Assembly: GCA_944381315.1 (NCBI GenBank)
Contig: CALWKR010000027.1
Coordinates: 16,353-80,352, forward strand
Source of the DNA: an uncultured Christensenellaceae bacterium
Lineage (GTDB): Bacteria > Bacillota > Clostridia > Christensenellales > UBA3700
Direction: 5' to 3'
DNA length: 64,000 bases
Positions 18,410-26,700 of this stretch are shown here, piece after piece; the stretch's first letter is position 1; each line of letters begins with the position of its first letter. The notes below the pieces were generated by a model, which saw only the letters and a program-made list of their open reading frames with translations, was not told the DNA's origin and ran no database searches. A program made the translations under genes and the position numbers.

Positions 18410-19900
18410 CTACTTTCGCAACAGTGCGGCGACGTCGCGGCGCGTGATCGTACCGCTCAGCACGATGTAGAGCGCACAGAAGATCAAAGCGACCACGCCC
18501 GTCACGGCGATCGGCACGAGCGGATGCAGCCGAGACATCAGCGAGGACAGTTGGGACAGCGCAAAAGCCGTGATCGCTGCAAACAAGATCAGCGCCGCGA
18601 GCTGTATCGTCGTTTCGGAAGGGAGATGCGAGTATTTGTGCATAAACAGCAGGTAGGCGCCGAGCGACAGCGTCTGCGCGGCGAGCATCGCGATGAAATA
18701 AGCGTAGATTCCGCAGCTCGAGACGAGCGCCGCCATCAATGCGGCGAGCAACAGCGAGCTTGCCGTACCGGTCGCGAAAGTCAGGCTTTCCTTGCCCAAA
18801 GAGTTGAGCACGGACGTGCAAATGCCGTTGAGGCACATAGGGATCATCGCCGCGCTGGCGACGGAAAGATATTTGCCGGCTGTCGCGTCGTCATAGAGCA
18901 GATTGCCGATCTGCTCGCCGCACGCACAGAAGACAACGAAGAAGAATGCGCTGACGCAGGCGGCGAATTTGACTGCCATTGCGCTCGTGCGCGCGATCTC
19001 GGCGTTGTTGCCCGTTGCGCTCATCGACGCAAGCTCGGGGATCATCACTACGGCGAGGGAGCCTGTCAGCGAAGACGGGATGAACAGCAGAGGCATGACC
19101 ATGCCGCTCGCTCTTCCGAATTCCGCAGTCGCCTGCGCTGCCGTCAAGCCGCAAAGCGAGACGAGCAGAGCAGGAAGGAGAAGAGAGTTGAGAGTGCCTA
19201 TGCCGCTGCCGACGACTCGTGCCGCAGTGAGGGGCGCGGCAGAGGCGAGCACCTTGCGCGCTCCGTGCGGCTTGGCGATCTTGCCGCCTGCGGCGAAATA
19301 GCATACGACGAGCACTGCGACGACGACTACGTCGCCTCCGACAAGCGCGTAGGCATAGGCGGAGTTGTCGGCAAATGCAATGCCCAAACCGCTGATAAAC
19401 AACACGGACAGGATAATTTTGGAGATTTCGTCCAGCAGTTCGGTCGCCGCGAAGACAGCGTAATTCCTCTCGCCCCAAAAACGTCCGCGCAGCGTCGCAT
19501 AGATCGAAGTCGTCGCGAGCAGCGGCAGGCAGGCATAGAACACGGGCACGCATCGGCGATCGGAGAAGATCGCCGAGATCGCGTCGGGAAAGGCGAGCGC
19601 GGCAAGAGTGAGGGCAAGCGCGGCGCCGGAAGATATGAGCAGGCACAGCGACGTCAGACTGTCGCTGCGGCGAGTGTCGCCGAGAGCTTTGTTCTCGGCA
19701 GAGAGGCGCGATAGCGTCACCGGCAGGCCGCTGCTGCCTATGCACGACATCAGCGACAGCACGGACAGGGCGATCTGATAGAGTCCGAGGACTTCGGCGC
19801 CTAGCTCGCGCGAGAGATAGATCTTGAAGAAGAAGGACATCAGCCGCGTAGCCACCGACACGGCGGTGACCAGCGCGAATGCCTTGACGACGCGTTTCAT
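18410..19900 (-). CDS. MOP-superfamily polysaccharide/lipid II flippase (SpoVB/MurJ-like)
   Basis: About 496 aa with many TM helices. MKRVVKAFALVTAVSVATRLMSFFFKIYLSRELGAEVLGLYQIALSV... is typical of polysaccharide biosynthesis proteins and SpoVB. Confidence 0.8.
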   Translation of the reverse strand: MKRVVKAFALVTAVSVATRLMSFFFKIYLSRELGAEVLGLYQIALSVLSLMSCIGSSGLPVTLSRLSAENKALGDTRRSDSLTSLCLLISSGAALALTLAALAFPDAISAIFSDRRCVPVFYACLPLLATTSIYATLRGRFWGERNYAVFAATELLDEISKIILSVLFISGLGIAFADNSAYAYALVGGDVVVVAVLVVCYFAAGGKIAKPHGARKVLASAAPLTAARVVGSGIGTLNSLLLPALLVSLCGLTAAQATAEFGRASGMVMPLLFIPSSLTGSLAVVMIPELASMSATGNNAEIARTSAMAVKFAACVSAFFFVVFCACGEQIGNLLYDDATAGKYLSVASAAMIPMCLNGICTSVLNSLGKESLTFATGTASSLLLAALMAALVSSCGIYAYFIAMLAAQTLSLGAYLLFMHKYSHLPSETTIQLAALILFAAITAFALSQLSSLMSRLHPLVPIAVTGVVALIFCALYIVLSGTITRRDVAALLRK

Positions 19901-19905
19901 ACGCA

Positions 19906-19935
19906 ATTATATGACTTGCGGCGAGCGCCTATGAA
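19906..19935 (-). promoter_or_regulatory. Promoter giving a probable leaderless mRNA (flippase)
   Basis: Read on the minus strand: TTCATA, 18-nt spacer, TATAAT (rc of 19906-19911), then TGCGT, then ATG at 19900. No SD. Confidence 0.45.
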
Positions 19936-19985
19936 AGGCGCGTTCTATCCGCGATCGGCGCGCGTATGTTATAGTGGAGGCAAAC

Positions 19986-20285
19986 ATGAAATATTTTGTA
20001 CATACCGTGCGCGAGGGCGAAGATCTGCATTCCGTCGCGCGCAAGTACGCTGTCTCTGAGCGCGAGATCGCGCGCGACAACAATATAGCCGCGGGAGAAA
20101 AACTGTTTTGCGGCATGAAGCTCGCGATCGTGCGCCGCGACGGCGAATATTATATTGTCAAGCCGTTCGACACCCTGCAAAGCATAGCCGCCGCGCACGG
20201 CGTCGATCCCGACAAGCTCGCCGCGCTCAACGGCATAGAGGGCGGCGCCGTCTTCTTGGGACAGAGCATCTATATCGAAAAATGA
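19986..20285 (+). CDS. LysM-domain protein (two LysM repeats)
   Basis: MKYFVHTVREGEDLHSVARKYAVSEREIARDNNI... and YIVKPFDTLQSIAAAHGVDPDKLAALNGI.... SD GGAGG upstream. Confidence 0.8.
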   Translation: MKYFVHTVREGEDLHSVARKYAVSEREIARDNNIAAGEKLFCGMKLAIVRRDGEYYIVKPFDTLQSIAAAHGVDPDKLAALNGIEGGAVFLGQSIYIEK

Positions 20286-20299
20286 CGAAAGATCGATCA

Positions 20300-20337
20300 T
20301 TGTAACGCTTGACTTTACAACGTTCGAGCGCTATAAT
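20300..20337 (+). promoter_or_regulatory. rrf2 promoter with an overlapping inverted-repeat operator
   Basis: TTGTAA (20300-20305), N9, TTACAA (20315-20320). The repeat spans the -35 TTGACT (20309-20314). The -10 TATAAT lies at 20332-20337. Confidence 0.65.
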
Positions 20338-20356
20338 AGCGGCGAACGGAGGAAAG

Positions 20357-20779
20357 ATGCAGATCTCGTCAAGACTAACGATCGCCACTCACATCTTGTT
20401 GGCGATAGAATATTTCAAGGACAAGTGCAAGACCACGTCCGACTTTCTCGCTTCGAGCGTGCACGTCAATCCCGTGGTCATACGCAGGATATTGCTTCAA
20501 CTGCGCGACGCAGGAATGATCGAGGTCGCGCGCGGCAGCGGCGGCGCGTCGCTCAAAGTCGATCCTTCGCAGATCACTATGCTGGACGTCTATCGAGCAG
20601 TCGACTGTGTGGAGAAGAAGGGCTTGTTCCACTTCCACGAGTCGCCTGATCGCAACTGCCCCGTCGGCAGACGCATCCATGACGTGCTCGACGGCAGGCT
20701 TCAAGCGGCGCAGGCGGCGATGGAGCATTCTCTCGCGTCGACCACGCTCGCGGAACTGCTTGCGGAATTGAAGGACTGA
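20357..20779 (+). CDS. Rrf2 family transcriptional regulator
   Basis: MQISSRLTIATHILLAIEYF...SSVHVNPVVIRRILLQLRDAGMIEVARGSGGASL is the Rrf2 wHTH signature. Only one Cys-containing stretch (CPVG) is seen, so cluster ligation is uncertain. Confidence 0.88.
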   Translation: MQISSRLTIATHILLAIEYFKDKCKTTSDFLASSVHVNPVVIRRILLQLRDAGMIEVARGSGGASLKVDPSQITMLDVYRAVDCVEKKGLFHFHESPDRNCPVGRRIHDVLDGRLQAAQAAMEHSLASTTLAELLAELKD

Positions 20780-20812
20780 GGCGCTTTGCGGCATAGGAAT
20801 TGCGCCCTTGTT

Positions 20813-20837
20813 CGCGGCCGAGCGCCGCGATTTTTTT
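20813..20837 (+). terminator. Rho-independent terminator (copy 1)
   Basis: CGCGGC / GCCGCG stem followed by T7 at 20831-20837. Confidence 0.7.
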
Positions 20838-20907
20838 GCGTTCGCGGAATTGCTTGCCGAGTTGAAAGAGACCGAGGAGCTTTGCGGCATAGGGATCGCG
20901 TTTCGTT

Positions 20908-20932
20908 CGCGGCCGAGCGCCGCGATTTTTTT
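20908..20932 (+). terminator. Rho-independent terminator (copy 2)
   Basis: Identical CGCGGCCGAGCGCCGCG hairpin followed by T7 at 20926-20932. Confidence 0.7.
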
Positions 20933-20958
20933 GCAGAAAAAATTTTTCGAAAAAATTT

Positions 20959-21023
20959 GTTGTAACGCTTGACATTACAACATTGGTACGCTATACTGTC
21001 GTTGTAATCGATAAGGTTACAAC
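20959..21023 (+). promoter_or_regulatory. Promoter of the redox/macro/sirtuin operon with two inverted-repeat operators
   Basis: GTTGTAA-CGCTTGACA-TTACAAC (20959-20981) overlaps the -35 TTGACA (20969-20974). The -10 TATACT lies at 20992-20997. A second GTTGTAA-TCGATAAGG-TTACAAC lies at 21001-21023, around the expected +1. Confidence 0.7.
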
Positions 21024-21052
21024 AAAAAAACAACAATTCGGAGGATACAAAA

Positions 21053-21682
21053 ATGAGCAAAAAGATCGCAGTAGTTTGCGCAAACGGCAGAGTGGGACAG
21101 CTTGTCGTCAAAGAGGCAAAGGACAGAGGCATGGACGTCACGGCGTTCGTCAGGGGCGAGAACAAGACCGTCGCAGACAAGGTCGTCGTCAAGGATCTGT
21201 TCGACATCACCAAGGAAGATCTGAAGGGCTATGACGCTGTCGTCGACGCTTTCGGAGCATGGAAGGAAGAGGATCTGCACCTGCACAGCGAGACGTTGAA
21301 GCATCTGTGCGACTTGCTGTCCGGTTCCGAGACCAGACTCATCTATGTCGGCGGTGCGGGCAGCCTGTACGTCGCTCCCGGGAAGATGCTCTATCAGACG
21401 CCTGAATTCCCCGACGTGTTTCGTCCCCTTGCGAGCGCTCAGGTCAAGACCTATTTTGAGCTCAAAGAGAGGAATGACGTCAAGTGGACATTCGTCAGCC
21501 CTGCCGCAGATTTCCGTGCAGACGGCGCCAGAACGGGCAAGTATCTGCTCGGCGGAGACCAACTCATCGTCGGTTCCAAGGGCGAAAGCGTGATCAGCTA
21601 TGCAGATTATGCGATCGCGGTCGTCGACGAGATCGAAAAGGGCGATCACATCCGCGAGAGGATCAGCGTAGTCGAAGCATGA
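21053..21682 (+). CDS. NAD(P)H-binding atypical SDR / NmrA-like oxidoreductase
   Basis: MSKKIAVVCANGRVGQLVVKEA... (Rossmann GxxGxxG variant). 209 aa, of the YwnB-like type. Confidence 0.8.
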   Translation: MSKKIAVVCANGRVGQLVVKEAKDRGMDVTAFVRGENKTVADKVVVKDLFDITKEDLKGYDAVVDAFGAWKEEDLHLHSETLKHLCDLLSGSETRLIYVGGAGSLYVAPGKMLYQTPEFPDVFRPLASAQVKTYFELKERNDVKWTFVSPAADFRADGARTGKYLLGGDQLIVGSKGESVISYADYAIAVVDEIEKGDHIRERISVVEA

Positions 21683-22107
21683 CGGCTCGGGATTGTTTTG
21701 AGCTGTTGACGCACAAGATACACACGGTCGTCGCCGCCACTTCGGACGGCGGCGATCCCGTGACTTGCGCGATCGACATCATGGACTGCGACGACGGCGG
21801 ACTGTATATTTTGACTGCAAAGAGCAAGAATTTCTACCGCAGGCTCAAAGCTCGTCCGACGATCTCGTTGACGGGCGTATGCGGACGCGACACGATGTCG
21901 AGCGTCGCGATCACGGTCAGGGGCAAAGTGCGCGAGATCGGCGAGTCCGCAGTGCCGCGGCTGTTTCAAAAAAATAGATATATGTACGAGATCTATCCCG
22001 ACGCACGATCGCAGAGCGCGCTGAGCGCGTTCTACATCTGCGAGGGGAGCATAGACGTGTTCGACTTGTCGGTCAAGCCGATCGAGACGCGTCACATAGA
22101 GTGGTGA
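21679..22107 (+). CDS. Pyridoxamine 5'-phosphate oxidase-like (FMN-binding split barrel) protein
   Basis: Start at ATG 21679, overlapping the previous stop (ATGA). The 142-aa size and ...GGLYILTAKSKNFYRRLKARPTISLTG... suggest the PNPOx-like family. Confidence 0.65.
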   Translation: MTARDCFELLTHKIHTVVAATSDGGDPVTCAIDIMDCDDGGLYILTAKSKNFYRRLKARPTISLTGVCGRDTMSSVAITVRGKVREIGESAVPRLFQKNRYMYEIYPDARSQSALSAFYICEGSIDVFDLSVKPIETRHIEW

Positions 22108-22110
22108 AAC

Positions 22111-22917
22111 ATGACCCAGCGACAGAGAAGAGAATATTTGATTGCGGCGCTGCTTGCCGAAGATCCGCGCTTTCGCGGCATAAAGACGCCCGAAAGCGAC
22201 GATGAAGCAAAGCAATTGCTGAGAGCGCTGTTCAACGTCAGAGCTCCGCGTCCCGTCGACGCGGAATTTTTGTGTATCCAGGACGAATATCTCAGGGCGG
22301 AGACAGAGGCAAAGGGCATCGTCTCGATCGACGATCTGACGCCTGTCGGAGAGAGGATATATCTGTGGCAGGGAGACATCACGCGGCTAAAATGCGACGC
22401 GATCGTCAATGCCGCCAACTCGCAAATGCTGGGATGTTTTGTCCCGTGTCACGGCTGCATAGACAACGCCATACACACATATGCCGGAGTGCAGCTGAGA
22501 GCAGAATGCGCAAAGATCATGCGCGAGCAAGGGCATGAAGAGCCGACGGGCCGAGCCAAGATCACCGCTGCATACGATCTGCCGTGCAGATATGTGCTGC
22601 ACACCGTAGGCCCGATCGTGAGAGGCAGAGCGCCGAGCAAGCGCGACTGCGAGCTGCTTGCGTCGTGTTATCGCTCATGTTTGGAGCTCGCGCAAGAGGA
22701 AGGTTTGCACAGCATAGCGTTTTGTTGCATTTCAACGGGGGAGTTCGGTTTTCCCAACGAGGCGGCGGCGAGGATCGCCGTCGACACCGTCAGCGATTTT
22801 GTTGCCGCCGATGACAGCGGCATGGAGGTGATCTTCGATGTTTACAAAGACAGGGACGCTCAGATCTACTCCTCAATATTGGGAGCAGACGCAGAGAGTG
22901 CGCAACGCGATCGATGA
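22111..22917 (+). CDS. Macrodomain protein (protein ADP-ribose hydrolase, sirtuin-linked type)
   Basis: WQGDITRLKCDAIVNAANSQMLGCFVPCHGCIDNAIHTYAGVQLR...HTVGP...AFCCISTGEFGFP. This is the macro signature with a Cys/His-containing insertion. Confidence 0.85.
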   Translation: MTQRQRREYLIAALLAEDPRFRGIKTPESDDEAKQLLRALFNVRAPRPVDAEFLCIQDEYLRAETEAKGIVSIDDLTPVGERIYLWQGDITRLKCDAIVNAANSQMLGCFVPCHGCIDNAIHTYAGVQLRAECAKIMREQGHEEPTGRAKITAAYDLPCRYVLHTVGPIVRGRAPSKRDCELLASCYRSCLELAQEEGLHSIAFCCISTGEFGFPNEAAARIAVDTVSDFVAADDSGMEVIFDVYKDRDAQIYSSILGADAESAQRDR

Positions 22918-23716
22918 CGCCGACGCGATCTTGATCGGCGCCGGCGCAGGGCTTTCGACGTCGGCAGGATTGACATATTCGGGCGAGAGGTTCCGCAAAT
23001 ATTTCGGCGACTTTGCCGACAAATACGGCATAAGAGACATATATTCGGGCGGATTTTATCCATTCGAGGATGAGGAATCCTATTGGGCATGGTGGTCGCG
23101 CCACATATATTACAATCGCTACGACGTGCCTGCCGGCAAGCCCTATCTCGACTTGCTCGCGCTGGTCGAAGGCAAAAACTATTTCGTCTTGACGACCAAC
23201 GTCGATCACCAATTCAGACTCGCCGGCTGCGACAAGGCGCGGCTCTTTTACACGCAGGGCGACTATGGGCTGTTTCAATGCAGCGTTCCGTGCTGCGAGA
23301 AGACGTTCGACAACGAGCAGTCCGTGCGTGCGATGGTAGCCGCGCAGCGCGATATGCGCGTGCCGAGCGCGCTCATACCGCGCTGTCCCGTATGCGGCGC
23401 TCCCGTGGTCCCCAACCTCAGATCGGACGACAAATTCGTCGAGGACGAAGGATGGCACGCCGCTACGTCACGCTATGAGGACTTTGTGCAAAAGTATGGC
23501 GGCGGCAAGCTTGTACTGCTTGAACTCGGTGTGGGAGCCAATACCCCGGGCATAATCAAATTCCCGTTTTGGCGGATCGCGGCGCAGAACAAAAATGCGC
23601 TGTATTGTTGCGTCAACAAGGGCGAAGCGTTCGCTCCCGACGCGATAGCGGACAGGGCGGTGTGCCTTGACGCAGACATAGGCGAGGCGATCGCGGACAT
23701 AGCTCGCCGAGGATGA
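22838..23716 (+). CDS. SIR2-family protein, class M-like sirtuin (candidate protein ADP-ribosyltransferase)
   Basis: ILIGAGAGLSTSAG, VLTTNVDHQF and QGDYGLFQC (Q where canonical sirtuins carry the HG histidine). Zn-ribbon Cys pairs CSVPCC and CPVCG. The ATG overlaps the macro gene by 80 nt; an alternative GTG lies at 22898. Confidence 0.8.
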   Translation: MFTKTGTLRSTPQYWEQTQRVRNAIDDADAILIGAGAGLSTSAGLTYSGERFRKYFGDFADKYGIRDIYSGGFYPFEDEESYWAWWSRHIYYNRYDVPAGKPYLDLLALVEGKNYFVLTTNVDHQFRLAGCDKARLFYTQGDYGLFQCSVPCCEKTFDNEQSVRAMVAAQRDMRVPSALIPRCPVCGAPVVPNLRSDDKFVEDEGWHAATSRYEDFVQKYGGGKLVLLELGVGANTPGIIKFPFWRIAAQNKNALYCCVNKGEAFAPDAIADRAVCLDADIGEAIADIARRG

Positions 23717-23757
23717 CAAAAAAAAGAAGGGCGCGGCTTGATGCCGCGCCCTTTTTG
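23717..23757. terminator. Bidirectional rho-independent terminator between convergent genes
   Basis: A-run at 23717-23725, AGGGCGCGGC (23728-23737) / GCCGCGCCCT (23743-23752), T-run at 23752-23756. Confidence 0.85.
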
Positions 23758-23769
23758 TTGCGTTGACCG

Positions 23770-26700
23770 TCAGCGCTTGTCGCCGCCGGAATTGTTGTCG
23801 CTTCTCCTGTCGTTGGATCTGTTGACGGGAGCGGTCTGCTTCTTGCGGGTGGTGAACTTGCGGCTGTGCGTGTACTTCTTGACGAGCACGACGATGACGA
23901 CCACAAGCAGGATCACGCCGATGACGCCGGTGGTGATCCACACCCAGATCAGATCGGAGCCTGTCGGTTCCTCGGTCGGGTCGGTCTCTTCGGGTTCTTC
24001 TTCTGCGTCGGCGTCTTCTTGAGTGAATGTGATCGACCAATTGTTGCCGACTGCCATATCCTCGCCGGTCGCCGCGGTGAATTCTTCCTCGGTGATCTTG
24101 TCGATCGAGAAGTTGTCGAAGAACGCATATCCGTCGATCATCGCGCCGTCAAAGCCGAGCTGCGCGGTCATCGTTGCGGTGGGGGTGACTCCCTCTTCGG
24201 TGTGCAGATAGAAGGTGTAGCACTTCCAGTCTCCGACAGTTTCGGCGCCGTCTTCGGAATAGGTCGACGTGTTGATCTTGCGATCTGCGTCGTTGTCGTC
24301 GACATTGTTCTGTCTGCCGAAGGTGTAGGACAAGTTGTTGAGCTTGAGGGACAGGGTGGCGGTCTCGTCTTGGTCAAGTCCGTATGTCAGCACCCAGATG
24401 CTCACCTTGTAATAGGTGTCGCCCTCGAGAGTGACGCTGTCCGAAGTGAACGCATATGCGCCGTCGATCTTGTTGTTGATGACGAGCACGTTGTCGCCGA
24501 GCACGCTGTCGCCGAGCTTGGTGCTCGCTTCGAGCTTGTTAGCGATCGCAGATTGTTCGGCGCTGTCGGGATCGATGCCGAGCAGCGACCAGTCGCCCTC
24601 GCGCTGATTGAATATGCCGCCGACAAAGTCGTCGTCCGCAGTGCTTGCGTCTTCGTCCACTGTCGCGCCCGTCCAGTTGTCGGGAGCGGAGATCTCGGCG
24701 AGATCGGATGAGCTGTCAAACGAGTCGATGACGAAAGACTTGACGGTGTTGTAGTCGGTCTCCGTGTCAGCGCTCTGCGCCGCGTCGAATGCCGATTCGG
24801 TGATCGCGGCATAGTTGGCGATCGCGAAGTATGCGGTGTTGAACGAACCGGAGGAGGAACTCGTACCTACTCCTACCGTCATCGTGACGTCGACGGAAGT
24901 GAAGCCCGTTCTGACATAGAATGCATAGAAGTGCCAATTGCTGTCGGTGGGTGCGAAGGTGGTCATCTCCGCACTGTCGGTGGACGCGTCGAGAGATACC
25001 GTGATCGTGCTCTTGCCGTCAGTCTTTGCCCAAATGCCGAGCAAGTAGTACGAGGACGCGGACAGCGAGACGCTGTCGCTCTCATATGTCACATAGTCCG
25101 CGCTGCGGACAGCGAGCACGTTGGGATAGGTATCCGTGTCGGCTCCGACAATGCCGATCGAGTCGTAGAAGAGATCGGGATCGATCGTGTCGAAGGCGCC
25201 GGTGATGTTGGAGCTGTCGAGCTGAGCGGAGTTGCCGAGATCGAGGACGCCGGCGACGGTCTGACCGTCGGTGAGGGCGGAGGACTTGTTGATCGTCCAG
25301 CCGTCGGGCACGCCGAGGTAATCGACGAGATCGCCGTTGTCGCCAAAGACGGTTTTGCCCTCTTCCGCCGCAACGTCGGCATATGCCGACTGAGTGGCGG
25401 CGACGTCGATGAACTCAAAGTAGCCGTTGGAGGACAGCTCTGCGCTGCCGCTGCTGCCGAGCAGCGAGACAGACTTGACGACCGTGCTCGTCGAGACGGA
25501 AGAGTACTCGCTGTATTCGATGGGCTCGATCGTGATCGTGGATACGAATGCATAGCCGGACAGCATCGTCGTCGGCGACATTGCGGTGCCGCTACCGAAG
25601 CCGATGTCGAGACCGACTTGGGTGGGACCGTCGTTGGCGCCTTTGATCACGAATCTGAATTCGGTATAATCGTTGTTGCCCTCGCTGCGGTAGTCCTCGA
25701 GATCTTCGGTGTTGATCGATGTGAACGACGAGAGCTGAGTCTTGCGCTCGTCCTCTTTCGCGCTCTCGTCATAGGAGAACAGCGCGAGAGTGACGCCCGA
25801 ACCCGACGGGATGTCTTGGGTCTTGACCCAGACGGAGATGATGTAGCAGCGGTTGCGTTCGATCGTATAGGTCGCGTTGGTGTCTTCTCCGACTGTGGAC
25901 AGAGAGAAGGACGACGGCTTGTAGTTGTTGATCACAAGCACGCTCGAGTCCCAAGCGGGGACGGGAGCGCCCGGATTTTCGAGCCCCGGGAAGAGCTCGG
26001 GAGCCGTCCAAGTTTCGCCTTCCGCTACGGAAGTGTCGACGGTCTGCCAATTGGTGCGGTCTGCGATCAAGTTGTCGTTGTCCGCAACGCTGAACGAGCC
26101 GACAGTCAAAGAGTCGCGGTCAAGCTCGTCTTCGTCGGTGAGGAATGACACGGTGTTTTCTTCGTCGGCCGCGTCGTCGTAGGTCGCTTTGTCGATGGTC
26201 TGCAAGGTCACGCCGTCGAAGAACGCGACGCCCGTGACGTGCGTATCGGTGTTGTCGGCGCCGCCTCTGCCCAGCCACAGCTCAAGATAGACGTCCGTGG
26301 AACGGAATTGGTTGGCGGCGACAAAGATCTCGATCGTCGACCATTCGCCGTTCGTGACGATGTTGCCCTTTTCGAAATAAGGAACGCTCGTATTGGAGCC
26401 GTCGGTGAGGGCGACGGTCACGCCGTTGCCGACGATGTTTGCGGTGCGGACCTTGACGGAGACTTTGTAGTAGCTGTCATTGCCGCCCATCAAGCGCATA
26501 GCCGCAGAGCTGCGGTAGCCGTATGCGGTCGCGCGTCTGTTGTTGATCATCAGCATCTTGGTGCCGACGGTGCCGGGAGCGACCGTGACTTGGACGTCGG
26601 TCCCATCGGCCGCTTCGACCGAAGTCGTGACGGTGGAATCGATGATGCCCTTGCTGGCATAGGTGGAAGAGGAGGGCGCGTTGTCGCCGTCGCCTCTGCC

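Larger units (their letters stand above)
20747..20935 (+). repeat. Tandem duplication (about 95 bp x2) of the rrf2 3' end plus its terminator
   Basis: Unit 1 (20747-20840) and unit 2 (20841-20935) both read TCGCGGAA(C/T)TGCTTGC...TTGAA(G/A)GA...CTTTGCGGCATAGG...TTCGCGGCCGAGCGCCGCGATTTTTTTGC. Confidence 0.8.

Noticed and set aside
22838-23716. SIR2 protein as an anti-phage defence effector (Thoeris ThsA, DSR or SIR2-HerA type)
   Set aside because: It is a small single-domain sirtuin with a Zn ribbon. It is tightly paired with a macrodomain in a redox operon. It has no SLOG, TIR, HerA or pAgo partner and no defence-island context. The SirTM-type interpretation fits better.
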